Of a DNA stretch of 64,000 bases, positions 1-10,889 are shown piece after piece. A program made the position numbers and the translations under genes. The notes under the pieces were generated by a model. That model was given only the letters and a program-made list of their open reading frames with translations, was not told the DNA's origin and ran no database searches. Location of the stretch: contig RSEE01000052.1 in the NCBI GenBank assembly GCA_003971905.1, positions 434,001 through 498,000 on the forward strand, in the 5' to 3' direction. The DNA is from Moniliella sp. 'wahieum' (lineage: Eukaryota). Position 1 is the stretch's first letter, and the number at the start of each line of letters is the position of its first letter.

Positions 1-1280
1 AGCAGTGCCAGCTCTCCAAAGTAATCCCCCCTTCCTAGGCGAGAGACAGTCACCTCATCCTCCGCAACCTCAGGGAAAGGCGGGTGGGGCTCCGTTGGGG
101 TGCCCACCGCGCTCGTCTTGCGCTTGCGCACCTCAGCCTGGCCTTGGATGATGATGAAGAATTCCCGCCCCTTTTCGCCTTGTTTGACCGGCCGGTCATG
201 CACCGAGTACGAAGCAATTTGAAGCGAGTCTGCAAGTTTGGCCCGTTCCTCGCTGCGCATTTGCTCAAAAAGTGGGACTTCCTTGAGGAACATGTCAAAC
301 AGCTGCCGCTTCCGCAGCGCCGAGTCGAGCAAAATGGTACGGAAAGTGACCCGATCCACTGCCCATAGTGTGCAAGGGGAAGTGGAAATGACGGAGGCGG
401 CTCGCGGCTGCGCGTACATCAATGCCAGTTCGCCAAACGAGTCTCCCGCACCATAGGACAAAACCTTTTCCCCGAAATCCGTCGAGGACACTTTACTATT
501 CCCTGTGCCGTTCTCCAAGTCCACCGACCCAGCCGAGCTGATGCTGCTGCCTTCCTCCACTGGTGGGCGCTTGAACGCCTCGAGGGTGCCTGTGCCCACA
601 ATGTAAAAGTAGTCTCCCTCTTGCCCTTGTTCGATGACAGGCTTGTTGGCAGGCACTTTCACTTCCTTCATGGCGAGAAGGACAGCATGGTACTGTTCCT
701 CATCAAGATTGTTAAAAGGAAATGGTTCTGGACAGCCTCACGCAAGCGGGCCATCTGTTCCTCCGTCTTGTGGATCTGCGGCACCTCCGGCGCAGTCGCA
801 TTGACCGGCAGCGACTCGGCCGAGACCGAAGTGCGCCGGCGCAGGTCCAGGAAGGCCGGGGTCAATTGGGGCAAGTGGTGCTCGGGCTCGTCGTCGGTAG
901 ACTCGGTGCTCGCATTGCTATCCCAAGAGTTGCGGAAGGTGACGCCACCGGGGTGTGGACGCTGGGCGCGGGTGCGGGGGGAAAGGCGCGGCCGATCCAA
1001 ACACATTTTGAGAGGGAAAGAGGGAGGTGGAGGTAGGCGATCGGGAGCGAGGGGGCGCAGCGGCAGGGACAGGGGGAGGGGCAGCAGGAGTGGCAGTCGC
1101 AATGGACGCGGCCGAAGCGCGGGCGAGGGGCGGAGCGGTTCTGCAGAAGAAGAAGGCGCTCGCGCTCCAGACGATGGTTGAACCAGTTGGCGCAGAACTG
1201 AAGCACGTCGCCGGCCGGGCGCGGGCCACGTCGCGGTTGAGCTCGTTGAGGATCTGGACAAACTCGTTGGGCACGGCCAT
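1..1280 (-). CDS. BCY1: cAMP-dependent protein kinase regulatory subunit (5' part; runs off the window start; frameshifted)
   Basis: Stitched frames give the docking domain MAVPNEFVQILNELNRDVARARP-GDVLQFCANWFNHRLE, the inhibitor site RRTSVSAES, then KTEEQMARLREAVQNHFL. cNMP-binding motifs read from the minus strand: GDYFYIV, SFGELALMYAQPRAASV, LWAVDRVTFR. Confidence 0.93.
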
Positions 1281-1849
1281 GGCGAGGCAGTGGTGGGGGC
1301 AGGCGCGCGAGCTGGGCCGGGGAGGATGACGCGAGGGCAGGCGCGGATGACGGCGGCGGGCACGAGCTCGGGCTCGGGCTCGAGCGCAACCCTCTGCTCC
1401 GCAGCGCTCCCAACTTGGCCCTGCGCGCAGAACACCGCCCCCGTGCCCCAGCCTCCCCACACCGCGTGGGGGCAGTGTTGCGCACCGACCGCGCCAGGCG
1501 TGCCCAGCAGCGCGGGGGGCCAGTGTAGCCCTGCAGTAGGGTTGTCCGTGCGGCTTGCCGTATGCCACGTGTAGCCTTGCACATCACACGTCACACATGC
1601 ATCACGCCACGCATATCACACGCCCCATGGGACCGTCGCCCAGCCGCTGCAGCATGGTCACGTGGCCAGACAGCATGGCGGATGCCAAGCTCTGCGGCAC
1701 CCAACCATGGACCGTCAGGCGTCAGGTGACGCCTCAGGCCCATCAGGTGTATCAGGATGCCTCAGGGATGCCTCAGACCATCAGGGGGGCGCGACAAGGA
1801 AGTGCCACCATCGCCTCCCCCTCGCCGTTAGCGTGCCCTTGTTGAGCCA

Positions 1850-2120
1850 CCGGGTGGCTCGTGTGTTTGACCATTGAAGGTCACTTCGGTCCCTCTCTTT
1901 ATTAGGCCTCAGGCCTCAGGCCGCAAACCGCTTACGGTTCCCTTTTGTTTCTCTCTCGCTTCTGGTCCTCTTCGTTCCGCAGCATAGCCCCTGGTGGAGA
2001 CTGCTGCCTGCTTGATGCCCATCTGTAAGTGTTATTGAGTGGATTTGACCATAATAATCGCCACCAATAATGCGATTTCATGACCCTGGAGGACCATCAA
2101 GACTTCAGGGAAGTCTCATC
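1850..2120. repeat. Dispersed degenerate repeat, homologous to 20705-20930 inside the gypsy relic
   Basis: Colinear shared blocks GGTGGCTCGTG, GTTCCGCAGC(A/T)TAGCCCCTGGTGG, TGCTTGATG, TGCGATT, GAGGACCAT and GTCTCATCA occur in both copies. Confidence 0.8.
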
Positions 2121-3739
2121 AGTCCGGTTGGGATTCCTTTTGGTGAGGTGTGCGTTCTGATATACACCAGGCTAAGCCAAGGTTGTTCGCCAGATCGCCA
2201 CAGGAGACCAAACAGACTTACACCTTCTTTTCTTCGCGTTTGGTCGATATCCACAGCACCATGCGGATGCAGACGCAGTCGTACGCAGACTGTGGCGAAA
2301 ACAGATGGATGAAAGCAAGCAAAGGCGGAAACGGAAGCGGGGTCCGGTCCCCGGTCCGGGCAAAAGTAGCCCGGAACCTGTGCCTGTGCGCCCAAGGGCA
2401 TGGCATGGGACAGAAGAACGAAGCGTTGTCACATGCATGTCACACAAGGCACGCATACTCGGTCACAAACCATGACCTGTTTCTTACCACCTGAGGTAAC
2501 CCGTCGGTCACGGTGACCACTGTCACATGTCACTAGTCATAGTCACTAATCATTAATCACTACAGTAAGTCAAGTGACTATTATGTAGGTGAAGCCCAAA
2601 GAAAGTGGAGCACGGCATAGCGGGACTGGGTGCTGGACACCCATGTTGGTGCTTGTGGGGAGAGAGAACACGTTTGTGGAGAAATACTCAGTCCTCAACG
2701 TCTCAACGTACTCAGCAGTGTACTCAGACTGGACTGTGGGGTCTGAGTTAACTGAGTACTTAACGTCTCAACAGCTACGTTACTACTTGTGTACGTTTAT
2801 ACAGTGACTAGTGAGGCTATTATTAGTGTGGGACTAATTGTAAAAACACGGGTGATCGAGATCGCCCCCCCCCCCCCCACCACCTCTGTCTCGGCCCACC
2901 TCTCTCAGATCTCAGATCTCGAGCTTTCTGCAGTTTAGTACTAGTTACTATAGTTGTGAATTCGACAGGAGTATATATCCCCGGTGTAACATGTACCAAT
3001 CTTGTGGACCCAAACTTCACACAAAGCTCGGCGTGTGTGGCAAAAAGTTTTGCTCTCCAGGGATCCCATGTCCCACGTCACAGTGACTAGTGACTCCAAC
3101 CAGGGTGACATTGACATCCTACCACCGTCAACCCCATGATCGATTACCTGGACAGATAGAGAGGAGACGAAAAGGATATCCACAGTGGGAGCAGAGGCAA
3201 AACTATAACTGGCGTGAATCGGGCCAAATACATTGCGGATCTGCATATCTCAACACACCCTGCAGTAGGGTATAAGTCCAGGGTATAATTCTCCTTTTTG
3301 GACTGCTTCGCTTACATACGCAAGGGTAATGGTTTGGAGCAAGACGATACATTTCCGTACTATACCCCACACACCGCAAGACTTCTTCACAGTTCTATAG
3401 ACGGAGCGACACCAACCTCGAATATCATGCCCGCATCTCTATCCAAGGATGCTCGTCCCGGTCGCTGCGGGTCTTCGTGCGCTCCTACCCCTCATATGTA
3501 CAGGTCTTTTCATGCGATATATATCCGAGCAATCATGTCGGTCTTCATTAATAGTCTGTATCGTCTCTATCTATAGCTATAACCTGTTAGAGGGTAGTGC
3601 CAGGTTCCCTTGCACGGCCCTCAATGGATCGTTGACGCTCGCTTAGTAGCTGGGCGGAAGAGTTCTGCTCCCAGGCCGCGCACGCCCTGCTCGCTCCATC
3701 TCCCTCTCTCCTCCTTTCCCTTCCCTTCAGACGTTGCTT

Positions 3740-4290
3740 GAAGATTTGTGGCTCACCACTTTTCCTTCACGCCTTGTCTGAAGGCTGCTTTGCAGCTGAT
3801 CTATAGGATTGCGAGTGCTCCCAAGTCGCACTCTAGCATAACCCTCTTCTCGATCCGCAATTGTTCGATTGTTTTTTTGGCATATGGTACTCTGAAGACA
3901 GTATAGAACACAGAGGCTCTCCTGTGTACTGATGTTGATGTACCCCAAGAAGTGATAGCCACACCGTAGACATATGTAGTATATATCAATAGTAGTATAC
4001 TTGTGCATCGTACTGTGGTATAACAAACACACAAGAGCCGTTGTGAGTAGATGTCGAAGAAGTTGAACGTCAGTATAGGATCCATATTGAGCGGTCAGAC
4101 AGTTTTAGAGCCACCCTATGAAGCTGAACAAGCTGCAGCTCTGAATATGACGGAGGGTAGAAGAATCCTAACGCAATACGGTCAAAACAATTCTCACTTT
4201 TCTTATGCAGGACACACAGGGGATATATATATCCAACATGCTGCATGTAACAGTCCGCAGGCAGTGATCAGCAAACAGAAGATGTGAGCG
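3740..4290 (-). mobile_element. Possible highly decayed Ty1/copia RT-RNase H relic
   Basis: Minus-strand pieces in copia order: GLLHAA (cf. GSLMYA), YTD (cf. GYTDAD), YGVAITSW (cf. GGAISW), QLRIEKRVMLECDLGALAIL (cf. ELG..P..LYCDNQGAIAL). The match is weak and judged by eye. Confidence 0.35.
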
Positions 4291-5160
4291 ACCACCCAGC
4301 CCAGTGAGATACGGAAAGAATGGCCAGATGGTTAGCGTAAGGAAACCAGAGGGATTGATCAGGAGAATTGAATGAGAGACATCAACTGAACGCGAACAAG
4401 AGCAAACTGGGACAGGGAAAAAAGCGATATGTGCGAGATGAATAATTGTGGGGATTGGAGAAAACTTATGGCAATCGGCGACACTGCATCCATATCTATA
4501 GCGTCCCCAACATAAGACTTAACTATATGGGACACAGAAACGCGATGCTCTCCTCCATAAGCTGCTCGTCCGACATTTGCACACTTCCTTCTCGCGGAAA
4601 AAAGGAACAGGACCAGATGAATAAGGCAAGTGCAAAATTAGGGGCTCACTACAAACCCCATAAAGTGTGCCAAGCCCTTTTCCCCTTACACTGAGGCGCT
4701 GCATGACGGGCGGCACCTTATAGAACATGGGTACTTCTGTCACAGTGGGGCGGCGATTAAGTCGCCTTGCACAGCCACCCCTCCACCCTCCACTCCTTTA
4801 TCGTCTCTCTCTCCTCTCGCTTCTCGGCTTCTCTCCTCCCTGTCACTATTACTCAAGTTCTCTATCTTTCGTCTTCATATCATGACGACTTGGGATTCTA
4901 GGTCTATATCTACAAAACCCGCAACAAACGTTTCTCTCTTCTCTGCGCTCGCGCTTGTCTAAAAATCCAAAACACTCTACATATGTTTCGACTCGGTTTC
5001 TCGCCTCGTTTCTCATCTTGGTCCGCTTTGCCCTTGACCCTCGCCTCATCTCTCACTTCGTGCCGCTCACATGCTTGGTCCTCACTTCTTCTCCTTGACT
5101 CATTTCCCCTTTTTTCGTTGTAGACTTGTTGCTCTTTCCTTTGTTCGCTCCTTCGAATTC

Positions 5161-6105
5161 ATATCATTGACTGAGCTTAAGGCTGGGACAAGGGAACGCT
5201 ACGTCTAAACCAAACCGTTCATCTTGGGGGTTACTTGGAAGCGCCACTAAGGTCAAGGAACCAGGGGATCGCCAATATAAAAAACCTGATTGTTCTTAGA
5301 TTCGTCAATTGTGAAGATGGCCTAAGCCGCCCACCAATATTTGCCCCTCTTCACCCTTCTTTTAGGCAAACTCCACTCCTGAAGAACCACCATCCCCATC
5401 AGTTTGCTTCCCCTCCCTCGCCCATCGGAACTGACCGCTTTGTCGTCCTGCCCCTAGCGTGCAACCTCGTCGCAGACGCTGCCCAGTGGCTCTGCCCGAC
5501 GAACAGCAAAGCACTATTACTCGCAACCCTCCTATTATGTTCACGCCAGTGTTCCTTGGATTTTGGATCTGAAACGTGTCCAGTCCTCAGTGAGTCTTGT
5601 CTCCGATGAGCAGGGAAACGGTCTCCGCCTGGAAAGCCAGCAACCCCGTTACGAGTACCCCTTCAGTAGGAATACACAAAAGCACATATGAGTGGTGGTC
5701 ACCGCGTTCCATCTTCTCCGTTACACCCGTCTCGCACATATCGAGCCAGGACGATGAGTAAAGCACCTTTCTGAAGCAGTATCCGTGTCGGAGTTAGGGA
5801 ACGATGAGATGAGAACAATCGAGAGGTAAATACGTCAAAAATTTCTTACCATAGATGCGTCCGGTCTTTCAAAGTCTTTCCTCCAGACCACCTTCTTACT
5901 ACAGCTTTTTTCGGCCCTATAATAGTAGTTAAATTCTCGTGACGATTCTCTCGCCATCATATCAGACCAGCTGTCTGTTGCCTATATCATTGAGAAAGCT
6001 TAAGGCTGGGACAGGGAAACGCTACTCCTAAACTCACCCGTTATCTTGCGTTGTGTTACTTGGTAGCGCCGCCAATGCTAGGAACCAGGGGGATCGCCAC
6101 GATAT
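5161..6105 (+). repeat. Pair of degenerate ~120-bp direct repeats (5161-5278 and 5984-6105)
   Basis: Both copies read ATATCATTGA..AGCTTAAGGCTGGGACA..ACGCTAC..CTAAAC..ATCTTG..GTTACTTGG.AGCGCC..AGGAACCAGGGG(G)ATCGCCA. Confidence 0.8.
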
Positions 6106-6141
6106 CAGGGCCCTTAGGTGCCGCCATCCGGTCCCGTACCC

Positions 6142-6220
6142 GAGGTAGCGCATGTGGACACGGATGAACGTGGTAGACATCAGAGCGAGGGACCATTTCC
6201 ATTGAGATTCAACAGTAGCC
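6142..6220 (-). repeat. Dispersed repeat; inverted copy of 16341-16416
   Basis: The reverse complement shares the exact run GATGTCTACCACGTTCATCCGTGTCCACATG, plus flanks CTCAATGGAAA and GCTACCTC, with 16341-16416. Confidence 0.85.
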
Positions 6221-6759
6221 AAATCCTTCCAGCTTCCTGGCCGCTATATACTGTCTTGTGCCGTAGTATTCTCCCGTCGTCAAAACCAGGGGAGAAAACG
6301 GCTCTTGAGTGCGTCTCTGTGATACTTTTCTTGTAGCATTCTGCTTGTTCCACAGCAGCTGAAGCAGCTCCTTCTCCCGGCATTCCAAATGCGTTGCGGT
6401 TCTCTCGTGCACCACCCTCCGATACGCGCTCTGTGCTTCCAGCGATCCCGTGTCGCGCGCCGTGTGGTCCACCTCCATTCCAGATCTCCTCCGATTGCTC
6501 CAGGCCCCATCACGCGGTAGACGGTGCGCTGTGCCCTCCACCCGCGCCTCGTCCCATCCTCATCCGCCACGGTAGGTTTCGTGGACGTGGGGTTATCAGG
6601 ATTTTCATTGCATTTGCAAAAGACTGAAGACCTCAACAACCGCAAGGCGTGCTCCGTTGGCTCGGACCAAACCTCAATATAAAAGCCTCACGCTTATATT
6701 CACTCTCTTCACACAGAACTACACTGGTGTGTTATACAGCTGCACCATACGATATTCCA

Positions 6760-7920
6760 GTTCAACATACGCTCAACGTTCAGCGTACTCAACCGAACGT
6801 TCACCCGCGTTCAACGTTCAACGTTCCCGTTCAAGCTTCAAGGTTATTCAAGCTTCACCGGCTTCACCCTTGTAGGACCCTCTAAAAGCAATCATTATCA
6901 TGTAATCACTTTCATAGCCCTTGTTTTGCTTGTCTCTACTGAGTACTGATATAGATACTGATGCATGATGGTAGAGAATACATGAGAGCCGTTAAAAATA
7001 TCACACAGGCACACTGTTCGGCCGTATCCCATCTTGCACCCCCCCTCCCAAACACATTTCACCATCCAAGCATTTTCAGTCTTCCCATCAGCCGTAAGCG
7101 CGTCAGCCTCAAGCTGAGACGCTGAGGCCTCACAGGCCCCTCAGGTACTCAAGCTTCAAGCTTCAAGCTTCAAGATTCACTGTGCATCACCTCCTTGATT
7201 CAAGCACCGGACGTCACATGCGTCACAGTTCTTGCCAGGGCCATATGTTTGGCCATTCCCATATTTTCTCCGAGAACTCAACTGGACTGAGTCTCAGTAC
7301 TCAGTCTGAGAGTAGTACTCAGATTGCGTACTGGTAACGGTAACCGGTAATAATGTAATGCACAATGAGAGCTTTTGAGAACTGAACTCACCTGAGCAGC
7401 ACGGAGCTTTTGATATTGCGCGCTCAGCGCTCACACAGGCTAATAAGCGCGCTGAGCAACGAGCACAGTGGCTCCCATTTGTATCCCTTTGTTCACACCC
7501 TTGTGACGCCTTCCCGTCACATATTGTTTGCTTGTGTGTGCGCGCTTTCCACTGAAGCACCTGAAGCTTGAAGCCTGATCGATAAGATGAGCAACGCTGC
7601 GACCGAGATCAGACCGGGATCCTCTTCAGGGGTGACCGCTGAGGCCGGTGATGCATGATGATGTGCTGTGTACTGGGGAGTCGGGTGCTGAAGGTGGGAG
7701 TCGGGTGCTACGAATGAGAGAAATGAGAACCAGTGGTGTGCTGACGCTCGAAAAACCACTGCCCAGCTCCCTTTTTGTGGTTGCGTAGAGCCGAAATTCA
7801 CACGGGGACGAAGCCGTTTACCCGGCGCGCTGTTACTTCAGTGGTTCTTGGGACTCGGTTTGTGGAGTTAAGCGCGCAAAACCTAAGGCCTAAGTACCCT
7901 AAGTACTAAGTACTCATTCA
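6760..7920. repeat. Tract rich in period-7 palindromic micro-arrays
   Basis: TCA-ACGT x2 at 6811, TCA-AGCT x3 at 7149-7172, TCA-GTAC-TCA at 7294, TCA-GCGC-TCA at 7424, TAA-GGCC/TAA-GTAC at 7884-7916. Confidence 0.9.
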
Positions 7921-8896
7921 AACGAGACCAGTGCGCACCGACGGGACCGAATGCATAACTAACAGAGGTGCTGCCGCTTTGGCACTAATGCATGATGGGT
8001 TATGGCCTGTTCTATGGCCACCACTTCGTTCTAAAGAAAGCACAGCTTTTTCTTTATTAGGATAGGATGCGGCCTGTGGCCAGCCATCCGAGGGTTAGAA
8101 GGGGAAAAGGTATGCCCTGGTATACCCCTCGAGGACTAATCATGGCATCGGGTCCGACACAGTTCAACGAGATCTGCGTCAATATCATGTGTAGGATTTG
8201 CTTGACGCATGAAACGCACAACCCTCTCCTTATTATGTTAAGCGTGTTCTAGTTTCGTGATGAGAGATACAATAGTACCTTCCATTTCCAGAGGCTATGC
8301 ACTATGAGGGGCCGGGAGAAGGGTGTGTTTGATTACTGCAATATCAAGAGCTGTAATATAGCTTTGGTTCCCTACTACTACCACAACTCCTTTCTGCGGT
8401 GAAGCTGACTCTACGAGTCAGTGACTGTCTTGTGCTCTTGATAAAATTTCCTTTCATTGCTCCCTCTCTATGGCTGGAAGGGGATGACCCCCCCATATGT
8501 CGGGGCCGTGGAACGGATACCAACAACCCACACACATGCGTTTGACCCCTCCCACCCCTCACACAAAATTCACCCTCAATGAATCAGGCACTACAATAAT
8601 GATGCGATGATAAATCCATGCCAATAAGAAGCGAGAGATAAGACCATAGCAATAGTAGAAACTGAAAGAAGAAAGGGAGATACGCGAGGCCCGTTGACAG
8701 GCAATAAGGACATAATACGTCAAAATCGTCGAATAGGGAAGGGGGAGGGCTAAGGGAGGGGGTATGCTAACAGCGAGGAAGCACGATTGGCTTCTCTTTC
8801 TCGCTAGCACAAGCAATACAATGGCCCATGAGAACACATCAGTCGTATACAAGGACGTTTCTCACGTGAGTGTCATGCGGGCGTGATGGGCGCAGT

Positions 8897-10313
8897 TCAC
8901 ATGTGTTGGGGTTGGTACTGCGACGGGCGGGGAGGGAAGGGCATGCCGGGGGGTACACTTTGCGCGGCACTACGGGGTAGGCCCATGTCCGGACTTATCC
9001 CCGACGGAAGAGGGGAGCGAACGGCTGTCTGCGGCGAAGGCAACACCGCAGGTCCACGGGACAGGGCGGTGGTAGAGGATTGTCTCAGACCTGTATGGTT
9101 GTTGGTCGGCTTGGCAACGCGCGACGTGGCCTTGGGCGTCGGAGCCGCGTTGGAGCTATTCTTGCTCTCGTCACCTGCGTCGTCAGGCTGGTATGCAAGC
9201 CACTTGGCCTTCTGCTTCAAGATTTTGCTCACAGTCGAGCGCTCGACGTTGAACGCGGCTGCGACGTCAGCCTGGCGCATCTCAGGGTTGATCTCGGCGA
9301 ATTGACAGATACGCTTGCGGGCGGCGCTATCGATCCTTGCCTTGGGCCGCTTCTGGGCCATAGGCAGCGCAGGGACCATCGACGAGGCTCCCTCGAAGAA
9401 AGGGGGGTCGGGGAGGCCCTTGCGCATGCCTTGAGGGCCCATGTACCGTGCGTCGGGGGCAAAAGACATGGCCCGTTGGTCAGTGCGTAGGACCGATGCC
9501 CCAGGGTGATAGACTAAACGCTGCACGCCCGCCCGGGCATCAAAGGAGGATCCATTGGGGTCGAGCAGGCCGTAGTGTTCACCCTGATGACCCTCCATAT
9601 TGGTACAGGTTGTTGGGATGAGGCATGAAGCCCCGCTCGCCGTCTGGACGCATCGAGGGCACAGACGAGGGAGGAGTAGGGTAACTTGAATCAAAGTGGC
9701 CATATGTGTTGGGATAAACGTGTTGCTGGACCTGCTGTTGCTGCGCGGGAGGCTGGGAGTGCATCGCGGGTTCCTCCATACCGAGGAAAGAGGGGTGGGA
9801 AGGCCATTGTATCCACGTCCTGAGCTGACAGGACTCCATTCTCCACCAGGGGGAAGGTTGCGGGGCATACTACCGTCTTCGGAAAAGCGACCACCTTGCT
9901 GCTGAAACCATAGGGGTCAGTCAAACGCTGATGCTGGTTCCATTCGAGTGATGGGTAAACAGGAGAAAATGGAACGTACCGGTGCTGAAGTCATGTCCGG
10001 GCGGAAGGGGGGCCGGAACGAAGGGGGGGGCTTGTTACCAGGTACATTTGTAGGTTGAGAAAAGGGTTCGCGCGAGTCGAGCATGTTAGAGGGCACATTG
10101 CCTCCGTGCTGGACAGGATAGCCATTGTTCCCGCCCAGCATACCCGAGGGGGTGGAGCGGAGGGAAGGAACAGCAGTGCCCATGTTCTAACATGAGAAAG
10201 AGAAGGTATGGGTCAATGACCTGGTACACATACAACAAATGATAGCAAAAGAGAACCATTTTACCTACCGGTGGAGGTGCTTGCTTCACAGAGTCGGTCA
10301 TTGAGAAGGACAT
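8897..10313 (-). CDS. CENP-B/pogo-type N-terminal HTH (psq-like) DNA-binding protein; spliced; no DDE domain seen; 3' end uncertain
   Basis: HTH: KARIDSAARKRICQFAEINPEMRQADVAAAFNVERSTVSKILKQKAKW. Exon 1 (10313-10269, 15 codons), intron 10268-10187 (GTAGGT..TTAG), exon 2 (10186-9980, 69 codons) and intron 9979-9902 (GTACGT..TTTCAG) splice in frame into the 8897-9868 ORF. Confidence 0.82.
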
Positions 10314-10889
10314 GGTGAATAAGCTGGCAGGAAGTGGGGACGATGCCGATCACAAAAGCGATGGGATTGGTGTGAAGACAGTGGCTGGAAGTGAAGCAGG
10401 GGAGTGTGACCTTGGGAGTGTGAAGGCGTCGGATTGCGCAGACGAGACCGGCGAAGCTGACGATGATGGAGGTGTGAAGGCAATGCCTGCGGGTGGCGGC
10501 GAGAGGGAAGGGAGGGGCGCTGGATGGACGCAGAGAATGAAGAGGCGTACCAATAAGCGACGGGCTTAAGAGGTGGTGGCGGGGGAGAGAAGAGAAGCGG
10601 AAGGGCGAGCAGAAGCAGATAGAAGGCAGCTGGAAGTGGAAACCGTGGCTGGGCTATATCGTCCACCTGTGGGCATGTTTGTACCTGCGGGACCTAGGAT
10701 CCCTGTAGGGGGTTATATTGCTGCCGCAGACTGCCCAGGGTCGCTCGATTGCAGGGCCGAGGCAGGGTTCAAGAGGGTCCATCCAACCTGCTCGGCCGGC
10801 GGAGCAGGGTACTATGCATGGGGCCAGATCCAAGACCAGATGCCGACCAAGTAAGTATGCAACCCTGTTGGACGAGAGCAGAATCGACA

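Noticed and set aside
8897..10313. Active pogo transposon
   Set aside because: No DDE domain, terminal inverted repeats or TA duplication were visible, and the long spliced low-complexity N-terminus suggests a host gene.
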